From a virus: 64,000 bases of DNA. Below, in pieces: positions 18,313 to 28,000 of this stretch. The stretch is from positions 1-64,000 of the IMG/VR virus record IMGVR_UViG_3300048837_000614; one strand, written 5' to 3'. Each line of letters begins with the position of its first letter. Position 1 is the stretch's first letter. The position numbers and the translations under genes were made by a program. Under the pieces are notes generated by a model. That model made no database searches and was not told the DNA's origin. It saw only the letters and a list, made by a program, of their open reading frames with translations.

Positions 18313-18339
18313 AAAAGGGTGATTTTATCACTCTTTTTT
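18313..18339 (+). terminator. Intrinsic terminator
   Basis: AAAAGGGTGAT-TTT-ATCACTCTTTT. Confidence 0.8.
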
Positions 18340-18345
18340 ATTTTG

Positions 18346-18376
18346 TTGTTGCAAAAGTAAAAAATGTGATATTATA
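18346..18376 (+). promoter_or_regulatory. Capsid-operon promoter (extended -10)
   Basis: TGA-TATTAT at 18367-18375 directly after the terminator; TTG-containing elements upstream. Confidence 0.55.
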
Positions 18377-18382
18377 GAAGTG

Positions 18383-18560
18383 AACAAAGTAAGAAGCTTT
18401 GGTCGGCTAAAGTTTCCTGTTTTACAAAAAACAGAGTGCAAAATCTTGAGCGTTCAGGAAGCTCATGATGGTTCTGGCTTGGACCAATCCTAGACGGGGA
18501 CGTTATAATAATATCCAAAGTGTGATTACTTTAAATCTGACCGTTTGAAAGCAAACCAAA
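18383..18560 (+). ncRNA. Candidate structured RNA / capsid 5' leader
   Basis: About 200 nt non-coding, GC-enriched, with 5-6 consecutive hairpins and a possible closing stem AAAGTAA/TTACTTT. Confidence 0.5.
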
Positions 18561-18587
18561 AATAAAAACTTTAGAGGAGATCAAACT

Positions 18588-20192
18588 ATGTTATTAAATT
18601 CTATTGAAAACATTAACTCGGCTTTGGCTGTGGTTCGTAATAACCCTTCAGTTAGACCGGAGAAATTCTATTCAAAGATCTTGCTTGACACTATCAAAGT
18701 GCCTCAAGAAGATTACGTCCATTTAAAGCACGCATCTAAAACTATGATGCTTCCTGCTGGACATCAAAAGTTGGAACTTAAGAGATTAGGTTCATGGACA
18801 GCTCACACACAAGTACTTCGTGAAGGTATTCCACCTCGCCCAGACTTAACTCGTTCAGAAACGATCGAAGTTGGTTACACGCAATTTGGTAGATTCGCAT
18901 TCTTCACGGATCAAATTAGAACTGACGTTCTCGTTGACTTCGTAGCTCATTATTCAAAAGAACTTTCAGACTTAGCTAATAGAACATTAGAAAAGTTTGC
19001 TCGTGAAAAATTACTTTCTGCACCAGCAGCATTCTATGCAGGCGGAAGAACTTCAATCGGTCAACTTGTCCCAGGCGACATCGTTACGATTGCAGACCTT
19101 CGCTTAATCACTCTTAAATTCGGAAGAATGTTTATTGATCCTATCGATGGATTCTACAACTACATTTGTTCACCTGAATTTATGTATGATTTGATTGACG
19201 ATCCATATGTCAAATATTACATGGAAACAAACAACAATACGTTTGACTTATACTCAAGCGGTAAACCATTCCCATTATTCAAGATTCGTTACATCGAAAC
19301 CCGTTTAGATGAAAACTTAGCTCCAGACTTAGATCACCCAGGTGAATACATGGATGCTTCCGGAACTTATTGGTTACGTATGATTAAGAAAGATGGTTCA
19401 GTTGTTTATTCTATTAAGAATGAAGCTGTATCTACTACACCTGTAAATAACGAATCAGATGTTACTGACACAACTAAACTTGGTGGACGTTATATCCTTA
19501 AACAATACTACTACAGAGATGGTTCTGCTATCGAAAATAGAGTATATTGGAAATTGAATTCAGCTGTTGCAGGTACTGCAGCAAACGTAGCTAACGTAAT
19601 GACTATCAAATCTGATGGCACTTATGAAGCAGGGGATCATACAGATGTTCCAGCTGGAACTGCTGCTGATTCAGTAGAACTTCCAATCAACAGAGGCATC
19701 TTCACCGGTGCTAAAGGACTTATTAAAGTTCAAGTTGAAGGTCAAGGTGCAACTCAAATTATTGTTAAGGGCTTAGGCTCTGGTGGAACAAATGACCCAC
19801 TCGACCAATTAAGTTCAATCGGTTTCAAGATTCAAGGCGTTGGTTTTGGTTTCGAAAGACCAGAAGCAGTCTTCGTTACTTACTCAGTTCCTAACCACGC
19901 GTTAGACACTGCGGGTATTTCAAGAGATGCTATCCTTGGAAAAGGCAATCCAGTGAATGAAAAAGGTATGATTCTTGATGTTTCAGGTGTTGATAAATAT
20001 CAATCAGTTACTTGGGTAACAGGAACTGTTTATACACAAGGTCAACACGTCAATGACGCAACTAGCGAATATGTAGTTGTAGTTACTCATACAGCATCTG
20101 CTGCATTAGCAACTGACTTAGCTGCAGGCAAACTAGTTAAACTTGGAACAGTAGTTGTTAATAACCCAACTGACCTTGGATTAGTAAAATAA
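18588..20192 (+). CDS. Major capsid protein, N4-gp56 family, with C-terminal CBM5/12-like extension
   Basis: LREGIPP, QFGRFAFFTD, NDPLDQLSSIGFK motifs; C-terminal WVTGTVYTQGQHV..YVVVVTHT; strongly biased codons. Confidence 0.9.
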   Translation: MLLNSIENINSALAVVRNNPSVRPEKFYSKILLDTIKVPQEDYVHLKHASKTMMLPAGHQKLELKRLGSWTAHTQVLREGIPPRPDLTRSETIEVGYTQFGRFAFFTDQIRTDVLVDFVAHYSKELSDLANRTLEKFAREKLLSAPAAFYAGGRTSIGQLVPGDIVTIADLRLITLKFGRMFIDPIDGFYNYICSPEFMYDLIDDPYVKYYMETNNNTFDLYSSGKPFPLFKIRYIETRLDENLAPDLDHPGEYMDASGTYWLRMIKKDGSVVYSIKNEAVSTTPVNNESDVTDTTKLGGRYILKQYYYRDGSAIENRVYWKLNSAVAGTAANVANVMTIKSDGTYEAGDHTDVPAGTAADSVELPINRGIFTGAKGLIKVQVEGQGATQIIVKGLGSGGTNDPLDQLSSIGFKIQGVGFGFERPEAVFVTYSVPNHALDTAGISRDAILGKGNPVNEKGMILDVSGVDKYQSVTWVTGTVYTQGQHVNDATSEYVVVVTHTASAALATDLAAGKLVKLGTVVVNNPTDLGLVK

Positions 20193-20290
20193 TCTAAGTT
20201 GAATTGATGATCGGTTTTACGTGGTTTTTACCAGTGAGCGTCTTTAGCCGGACGAAAAGAACCATATGACCTTAAAGGAGATGATTAAAA

Positions 20291-20644
20291 ATGGCTGGAA
20301 GAGATTCAATGGATGCGCATCAAAAACGCATGCAACAAGAAAAAGAGAAAGAAATTGAACAACAAAGGATGAAAGAACAACTTCTAAAAGAAGAAGAAGT
20401 TCACGTAAGTATTCCTGCGATTTACAGAAAGAGACTAGGTAAGAACTTACCGTTATCAGTAGGTGTTGAAACAATCAGTATCCCTGTTGATGGACAAACT
20501 TACAAAGTTAAAAAGTCTTTCGCTGAAGTTATGAAACGTCACCTAAGTCAAATCGATTTAGAGGAAATTCGTTCAGAAGGAAGATGGCATGGAAATCAAG
20601 GAAACGTTTATCCTACAGGTCCTATCCCTGGAAAAGACGAATAA
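20291..20644 (+). CDS. Conserved capsid-adjacent protein
   Basis: VHVSIP..LPLSVG...IPVDGQTYKV...AEV resembles small proteins following N4-gp56-type capsid genes; AAGGAG RBS. Confidence 0.6.
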   Translation: MAGRDSMDAHQKRMQQEKEKEIEQQRMKEQLLKEEEVHVSIPAIYRKRLGKNLPLSVGVETISIPVDGQTYKVKKSFAEVMKRHLSQIDLEEIRSEGRWHGNQGNVYPTGPIPGKDE

Positions 20645-20649
20645 AGAAC

Positions 20650-20681
20650 AAACACTCTAATTTTATTAGGGTGTTTTTTTT
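20650..20681 (+). terminator. Intrinsic terminator
   Basis: AAACACTCTAAT-TTT-ATTAGGGTGTTT plus T-run. Confidence 0.8.
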
Positions 20682-20687
20682 GTTTCA

Positions 20688-20722
20688 TGATATAATCGAA
20701 GTATAAAAAGTAAACGAGGTAA
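20688..20722 (+). promoter_or_regulatory. Extended -10 promoter with conserved 24-nt leader
   Basis: TGATATAAT then AAGTATAAAAAGTAAACGAGGTAA, identical to 32742-32765. Confidence 0.7.
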
Positions 20723-20728
20723 GCGTTA

Positions 20729-23700
20729 ATGGAACTAACTAAAAATGGTATAGTTAATTGGATCAACAAACGAGTAGTAAGTTATAGAGTTTCTTGGGAT
20801 GATATTGTAGACTATTTAGATATGGCTATTGATGAAATAAATTCATATATGTCGACTAAATATCCTCATGTAAGCTCGGTATTAAACGAATATGCACCAA
20901 CAGAAAAGACATACTCTTATAGAGCGGGTGGTATAGATGTTGAATTCTTCCCAGGGAAGTACTTTACATCCATCGTTATGCCATATGCAATAACTCAAAT
21001 ATTAACTACAGATGAAGAATTCACAATGATCTATAGTAAATACATGAGTCAATATCAAGAGAATCTTTTTATTATGGCGAGAGATGAAATGAATAGTATT
21101 CCTTACCAATTTATTTCAGCACCAAAAGGTGTTTACTTTGCTAATCCAGATCCACAGTTCAAGCAAAATCCTGAAAAATATTTCAATCAACAAATCGTCA
21201 TGGATATTCCTAAGATTAGAGTATTCTATTCTTGGGGTAATTATAAGTCTATGATTCCTTTCAACGCACAAACATTTGTTGAGAAGCCTCTACCTAAAGA
21301 TCCAAACGCTTATGAAACAGGCTTTAAGTATATGCCTATTATGATGGCGGGAGAAAATTACTCAACGTATATCGTAGACTACGCTCAAAAGGTTTTAGGT
21401 GTATTCCTTGGTTGGTCCTTAAAGGATGATAACAAAGCTGAAGGCATTGTTCAAAGTCCGATCGATCTTTATGAAGATACAACGTTCTATGCGGTATTTG
21501 ATTTAGATATCGTTGGAATCGAATACAACGGTAACGGTGGAACAATCCATAATTGGAGACCCACATATGTAACTAAGTCAGAATTCAATGCGAATGCACT
21601 ATCTCCAATGGGTGGAACAGCATTTAGAAAAGGTTATAGATTTGTTGGCTTCGAATTAGAAAAGACAAATGAATTCACATTAGAAGAAGAGTATGACGGT
21701 TTCGAAGAACAAAACGATGTTGTTGCAGAACCAGGTGCAATCTTCAAAGCTCTTTGGTACAAGATGCTTTATAACATTTCATATGTTGGTGCTAAAGGGA
21801 ACTTCACAACAACTAAAATAAACTACACTTTCGGACAAGAGTTTGATTTGGATCTTCCTGTTCAAAGTGAATCAGAACCAGATGAGTTTATAGGTTGGTG
21901 GGATAACCCTCAATTCTTAGGAGATAGAATTACTAAGATTAACGAAAGCGATTATGGAGATAAAACATTCTATGCTAAATATAACGAAGAAAAATATCGT
22001 ATAAGATGGTTAGCTGAAGATGAAACTATAATCAAAGAAGACTTTTTAACTAGAGGAACTTTCTTGACTGAACCTGAACCTGAAGGCATGGTTAAAGATA
22101 ACGCTTGGATCAATGGTTTACTTTATAGATTTGAGTATGTTGGTTTTATCAATGAATATAACGAATTCTTTCAACCCGGTATTACAAAGGCACAAAGAAA
22201 TACAAATCTAAAGGTTGTATTCAGTCAACCTATCCCAGTCGAAACAGACTTAGCTGTTCACTACAAAGTTAAAGAAGAGGGTGCTATTGTAACAAAGCAA
22301 CTTTACATTAAAAAACAAGTAGGAACTGAAGTAGATGTGGATTTAGATATTCTACAATATTTAAGTAATGATAACTTGAACACCTATGAAGATCTTTCAT
22401 CAGTTCAACAATTTGTAAAGAGTGTTTCGTTTATTGTAGATGGAACACCACTTGAAGAAGAATTAGTGAGTGGAATGACTTTCATAATGGATGAAGAAGA
22501 ACCTTACCAACTTTCATGTAATTATGATACTACTGCATGGGTTGTAACTTTCAGAAAGAAAACTTACGCATCCGGAGAGTATAGTTTAGGTGCTTCAGTA
22601 GGAACTCATAGTTTTGCAGACAATAGTACAAAATCGGTTATCGAAAATAAAGGTGCATCTTACTTAGATATACTTTATGAAGTTACATTAAATACAGGTG
22701 CAAAAGAATATCTACAGGGTTTTAAAGTTCTCGGAGAAGAAGATGTAGAAACGGATATGCCAACAAACATTGGAAGTGATCTAACATTAGTTCCATATTA
22801 TGGGCCAGAAGTAAACCAAGCTTTTGTTAAAACTTTAACTTTCGGAAAAGAAGACGGTTCATTTGGAATGCCGATGATGGACAGCTTAACGAATAAACAA
22901 AAAATCACTCAATACTATAGAGTAGGAACAGAAGTAAGCCTATTAGCTATAAAAGAACTCACACAAACAAATCAATACAAATACATGGAGATTGATAAAT
23001 TCTTTGCTGATTTATTAAATGGCGTTCCAAGTAATGAGATAGTCTCAGATACATTGATCTTGAATAACAATAGAACGCTATATATTCAAACCGCTAATAA
23101 AAAGTTATATAGTGTAATTTATAAAAATTATTCAAGCCCAAGCAGTACTTATAACTTGGATGTCATAAATTATTACCCATTCCATTTTGAATCAGGTAAT
23201 ATTTCATTTAATACTCAAACAAATCAACCCGAAGTAACAAGCTACCTAGGAAGTAGATATGTTCATAAAGGTTGGTCTACAACAAATGGCGGTTCGCTTA
23301 ATGAATTAAATGTGACTCTATTGGAGAATAGAGGAGCGGATTTAATTCTATATCCAATATTTGTAAGATTAGGAGATTTCTTAATTAATTTCACATTTAA
23401 AACAAATACAAATACACCGTTGCTTACAAACTACACATTAGATTCTACTTTGGAAAAGACTGTCACTTACGATAAACTTGGAACTAATCATACATTATAC
23501 GAAACTTATTTAGCATTTATAAACGAGTTAAACGCTAATAGTCCTTTGATAAGTGGGACAGCTATACAACCTCAACAAATAGGTTATAACTTCAATAGAT
23601 ATAGAGTTAATGGTGGCGTTTGGGAAACAACAATGCCTATCAGAGTAAACTTAGCTATGAATCAATCTGAAATTGAAGGTCAAGATAAAGAAATGACTAT

Positions 23701-24997
23701 CGAAATAGAGTTGATAAGAAACACATCATACGCACACTTAGTCATAGGAGATTCTTCAAAACCAAACGACTCGTTAAATTTAACGGATATTAATTTCCAC
23801 ACAGGAACTGTTGCATATCAAAGAAATAAATTTATCAATAAAGGATTGACATTCAGCCAATTAATTTCAAACGGAGAGATACCAGCATTAAGCCCTTATG
23901 GTGGAGAAACTCTATACTACTGTTATTGGGATCCTTCAGAACCTTATTCAATAAGTGATGTAATGTATAGTGCTAACATTGTTGGCGACATGGAAATATT
24001 TGTTAAAGATACAGTTGAAGGACTGCATCAATTTAGAATTATATATCAAGATTTAAATGGTGTTGGTGGTTTCACAACTATTAAAACAATGCACATTTAT
24101 GCGAACCAACTTGTTCAATATGGTAGTGTTTGGTTATTTGATATAAATCTTTATAAACCGTCCGATCCAGGAATATACGGATATATATTCAAAGGCTACA
24201 GTTCACCAAGTTCTAACGGTGCAGTAGTCACAAGTTATGCAATAGGTACAGGTAATATCGAAGATATCTACTTAACAGCAGTGCATAGTGCGTTCGGACA
24301 GATAAATGTTAATTTCAAAGTTAAGGGAGAATCTGGGAATCTAATTACAGATTACGACTTAACAGGGGATCATGATTGGTCTAATATGGGAACTTATATG
24401 TTTTCAAAACAATATCAATTCTATCAAAGATCAACGCATTACTTTTCCCCTACAACACTATTGAATGAATTTAAAGATAGTATAGAATATAACCAAAGAG
24501 CTCAAATGGGATATGATGTCGTAGGTTTTAGAGTAGATTATCCTGAAGGAGTGTTAGGAGAAGGTCATTCAAGTTACCAAATAGCATCCTTTGTAAGCCC
24601 TTATATCAACTTAACTAATGTGTTAGATTCTGCAATCGATGGGAAGAATTGTGACATAACATTCACATTTATTTTAAGAAGAAAGAGTGGATATGTTCAT
24701 GTCGAAGTTTTAAATGAATCACAGCCAAGCTTAAACACAGGATCATTAGACAGCAGTAATTATCCATATAGAAAATTCTTTATGCCCTGGGGAGAAACTA
24801 TTCTAGACGTTAGGAACGACTTTAATGCCAACTATGAAGAAGGACAAAACCCAATATATGATTTAAGTATTTATGGAGTATTTAGTAATTACTATACATA
24901 TAACACAGGTGGTGGATATACATTGGTTATTAATTCTTACCAAGTAAATTCGTCAATGCCACAAAATATTCAAATATTTGTAAGAGATGATATTTAA
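20729..24997 (+). CDS. Head-tail adaptor-like domain fused to InlB-B/Flg_new-type repeat array
   Basis: N-terminal helical IVDYLDMAIDEINSY..YP..YF.SIVMPYA (adaptor-like), then repeats YNGNGG..RKGYRFVG, FIGWWDNP..DKTFYAKY, HKGWSTT, GYIFKGYS. Confidence 0.7.
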   Translation: MELTKNGIVNWINKRVVSYRVSWDDIVDYLDMAIDEINSYMSTKYPHVSSVLNEYAPTEKTYSYRAGGIDVEFFPGKYFTSIVMPYAITQILTTDEEFTMIYSKYMSQYQENLFIMARDEMNSIPYQFISAPKGVYFANPDPQFKQNPEKYFNQQIVMDIPKIRVFYSWGNYKSMIPFNAQTFVEKPLPKDPNAYETGFKYMPIMMAGENYSTYIVDYAQKVLGVFLGWSLKDDNKAEGIVQSPIDLYEDTTFYAVFDLDIVGIEYNGNGGTIHNWRPTYVTKSEFNANALSPMGGTAFRKGYRFVGFELEKTNEFTLEEEYDGFEEQNDVVAEPGAIFKALWYKMLYNISYVGAKGNFTTTKINYTFGQEFDLDLPVQSESEPDEFIGWWDNPQFLGDRITKINESDYGDKTFYAKYNEEKYRIRWLAEDETIIKEDFLTRGTFLTEPEPEGMVKDNAWINGLLYRFEYVGFINEYNEFFQPGITKAQRNTNLKVVFSQPIPVETDLAVHYKVKEEGAIVTKQLYIKKQVGTEVDVDLDILQYLSNDNLNTYEDLSSVQQFVKSVSFIVDGTPLEEELVSGMTFIMDEEEPYQLSCNYDTTAWVVTFRKKTYASGEYSLGASVGTHSFADNSTKSVIENKGASYLDILYEVTLNTGAKEYLQGFKVLGEEDVETDMPTNIGSDLTLVPYYGPEVNQAFVKTLTFGKEDGSFGMPMMDSLTNKQKITQYYRVGTEVSLLAIKELTQTNQYKYMEIDKFFADLLNGVPSNEIVSDTLILNNNRTLYIQTANKKLYSVIYKNYSSPSSTYNLDVINYYPFHFESGNISFNTQTNQPEVTSYLGSRYVHKGWSTTNGGSLNELNVTLLENRGADLILYPIFVRLGDFLINFTFKTNTNTPLLTNYTLDSTLEKTVTYDKLGTNHTLYETYLAFINELNANSPLISGTAIQPQQIGYNFNRYRVNGGVWETTMPIRVNLAMNQSEIEGQDKEMTIEIELIRNTSYAHLVIGDSSKPNDSLNLTDINFHTGTVAYQRNKFINKGLTFSQLISNGEIPALSPYGGETLYYCYWDPSEPYSISDVMYSANIVGDMEIFVKDTVEGLHQFRIIYQDLNGVGGFTTIKTMHIYANQLVQYGSVWLFDINLYKPSDPGIYGYIFKGYSSPSSNGAVVTSYAIGTGNIEDIYLTAVHSAFGQINVNFKVKGESGNLITDYDLTGDHDWSNMGTYMFSKQYQFYQRSTHYFSPTTLLNEFKDSIEYNQRAQMGYDVVGFRVDYPEGVLGEGHSSYQIASFVSPYINLTNVLDSAIDGKNCDITFTFILRRKSGYVHVEVLNESQPSLNTGSLDSSNYPYRKFFMPWGETILDVRNDFNANYEEGQNPIYDLSIYGVFSNYYTYNTGGGYTLVINSYQVNSSMPQNIQIFVRDDI

Positions 24998-25010
24998 TTA
25001 GAGGTGGATT

Positions 25011-28000
25011 ATGCCAAACAAAATGATTACAGGATATAAAGAAAAGCAAATTTATAGAAACGAACGTTTTACAAAAGGCGTAGTCTCAACGAATGACCCT
25101 TTGTTTGAAGGGTCTTTCAGACGTCTAATTAACTTTAAAGTATCAAATCAAAATGCTTCTATCGAAAACAGGGAACCTTTCTTAAGTGTTCCCTTATTCG
25201 ATTTATCCAATAGAGAGATAAAATTATCTAAAGATGCTTTTGTCTTCGCACTAAATAGTGACACAGAACATGCTTTTATTTTAGATCTATATCAAGAAAA
25301 AATTACAGTAGATAAATATGACGCACATTTTTTAGAAAAAGATATCAATGACTCAAATGATTTCTTTGTAATAGATGGTGATACTATCGAAGTAAAAGGT
25401 CAAAGATATCGTTTGGCTTTCGTGGATGCACCTGAAACTGATGATTACTCTTTCGAAGCGAATGATAGTAATTTTGATAATCTCGGACAAGAAGCAAAAA
25501 GTATCACAAATCAATTCTTACAGGATCCATTCTCAATAGTGCAATTCGATTTCCAATCTGAAAAGATTGATAAGTTCGGACGTAAACTTGTATTCATCAT
25601 AAAAAAATTAGATGAACAGGAATATAAAATTCTTAACCTGGAATTATTGAAAGATGGCTATGCTCACTTTTATAACTTCCACAATTATGATAAGGTTTCA
25701 GTAAACTTATATGTCCCTGAAAAAGTGACTATAGAAGAAACTGAAATCAACTTATTCAATGAAACAAGAGTTGCTTATATATTGGGGCAAGATAAATCAT
25801 ATTCATGCTTTGGAACTAAGTACACAGAAACGGTTGCTGAAATTCTAGTCAACGCAGAGAACAGTTACTTTACCAAAGCTAAAGTGTATAAAATCAAAAA
25901 GGACACAGACCTCAAAGAGATCCAATTAGAAGAAATCGTAGATGAAAAAAAGGTATTTCACAAACATCTTATCAAAAGAGTTATTAAAGAATTCGAAATC
26001 AGTGAGATTGAAGTTAAAAAAGATTTAGAGATTTTCAATGATGAAAGTTTGAAGTATTCTATGATTACTAGAGATTTCTCAATCATCAATGGTAAGTATA
26101 GAAATCAACATCTAAATATGTATATTCAAATACACAATCAATTTGGAACCGAAATTTATAGAGGTTTATTAGAACTCAGCTATACTCCAGGAGTAATCGA
26201 AGATAACATTGAAGAGGGTTTTGATTTCATCACATATAAAAGACCTGAAGCTCATGTAGAAATTCAAGACGTAGTAAATACAAAGCCCAATATCTTGGAC
26301 GATAGAAGTATTATACCTATGACTTATAAAGGTGTTAAAGCAAACGTAAAAGGTTATTCAAACCCAAGTGTAAATACGGTACTACTAAATGTTAATCTAA
26401 ATAGAAATTTAGAAAGACCAAATATGGTTAGTGATGAAGTTGTGACTAAGTACTTTAGAACGGATAGACCTATATTTGAAGATATAGAAAGATACAACTT
26501 AACGCCATTCTTTAAAGCACCAAATATTAGATCAGAAAAAAATAAGTATATGTATCGTTGGGACTTTGTTAATCTTAAAGAAGTAGATTTTGGAAATGAA
26601 GATGAGATTAAAAATTTTAAACCATTCTTTAGAAGTGCTTGGACGGAATTAGTAGACTATCCAAATGAAACAAATAACATTTCTAAAAAGCCAGAAAGAA
26701 TGAAAAGAATAGCAACTACACTAAAAAATATTAAAACAGCTGATGAATTTTATATGATTGAAAGTTTAGCGACTAAAAGAACAATCACCGCTGATGATTC
26801 AGAAGGTTTTAATATTGATGAATTAAACGACAATCTGACAGCACCTAAAACTCTAAAAGAGATACAAGCCTTATTTAATAATTTTTTAGAAGAACATACA
26901 TTATCTGAATTAAAAACAGAACTTACGAGAATGCATTACATAGTTGATATAGAGGTTGAAACATTAGTAACTATTGGTGATTATCATTTCAAAATAGTTA
27001 AGGTTAAAAATAAAACTAAACTAAAAGAAGCCATAGAGTCTAATGAGAAAGAAGATGGGTTCTCATTCGAAGAAGATTATGGAAAAGAAGCTAAAGCTTT
27101 AAACTACTCAGAAAGACAATTGATCTTCACTTCAGAAGAAAACAAAAATAAGAAGATTGCATTCTTATTCTCTGGAATTTCAGTAATATACGAAAATGGA
27201 ACTAATCCTAAAAAAGTCGTTCACTATGCCGATGAAACAAGAGGAATTGTATTTGACTTAACGGAAGATAGATCGAGTGTTATACCCTATAACTTAAACA
27301 TGGGTATACTTAAAAACATGAATGTTCCAGGATTAGACTTTGACGATTTCTTCAAGAATGGTATTCAAGCAACATTTTATCTTATGACTTATAAGGATGA
27401 AGAATCACTAACCGAAGAAGATGTTTTCTATGATAATGTAGCCTACAAAAAATCCTCAGCAACATACTTCTTTAGAAAAGGAAATATCTTCAAATACGGA
27501 AAAGAAGACTTCGTTGATGATAGATTAGATAGAGAGAGCTTCATGATTAGATATGGGAAATACGTTGCAGCTTACCAAGATAGAATTCTAACTTACGGAA
27601 ACCCGATGTATAAGAATACAGTATCTATGAGTGAAGAAGGTGCACCTTATTACTTCTCACTTTATAACACGTTTGAATTCGATCACGAAGTAGTTCATGT
27701 CCAATCATTCAAAACGATAATGCTTGTATTTACAATTAACGACGTTTGGGTTATCTATCCATGGGAAGATAAAAACATAGAAACAGGCATAGTAACAATT
27801 AGTTATAGAATCAAAAAGATTCTCTATAACATATCGACCGAAGTTAAGAATAAAGTTACTATTAAAAACATCACGAGATACATCACGTTACTCAGTAACA
27901 ACGTACTATACCTAATTAAACCTTCTACTTATATTGGTGATGATACAGAGTTTTACTTGAACATACTTTCTCAAAACATCGATAGCATCGTAAGAGATCC

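Noticed and set aside
18383-18560. tRNA, tmRNA, SRP RNA, RNase P or T-box in the capsid leader
   Set aside because: None of their diagnostic sequences (TTCGA T-loop with cloverleaf, SRP domain IV, GAGGAAAGTCC, T-box antiterminator) is present.
20203-20263. Hammerhead ribozyme (TGATGA...GAAA present)
   Set aside because: No CUGANGA directly before stem II and no correctly placed UH cleavage site; kept only as an unknown junction.
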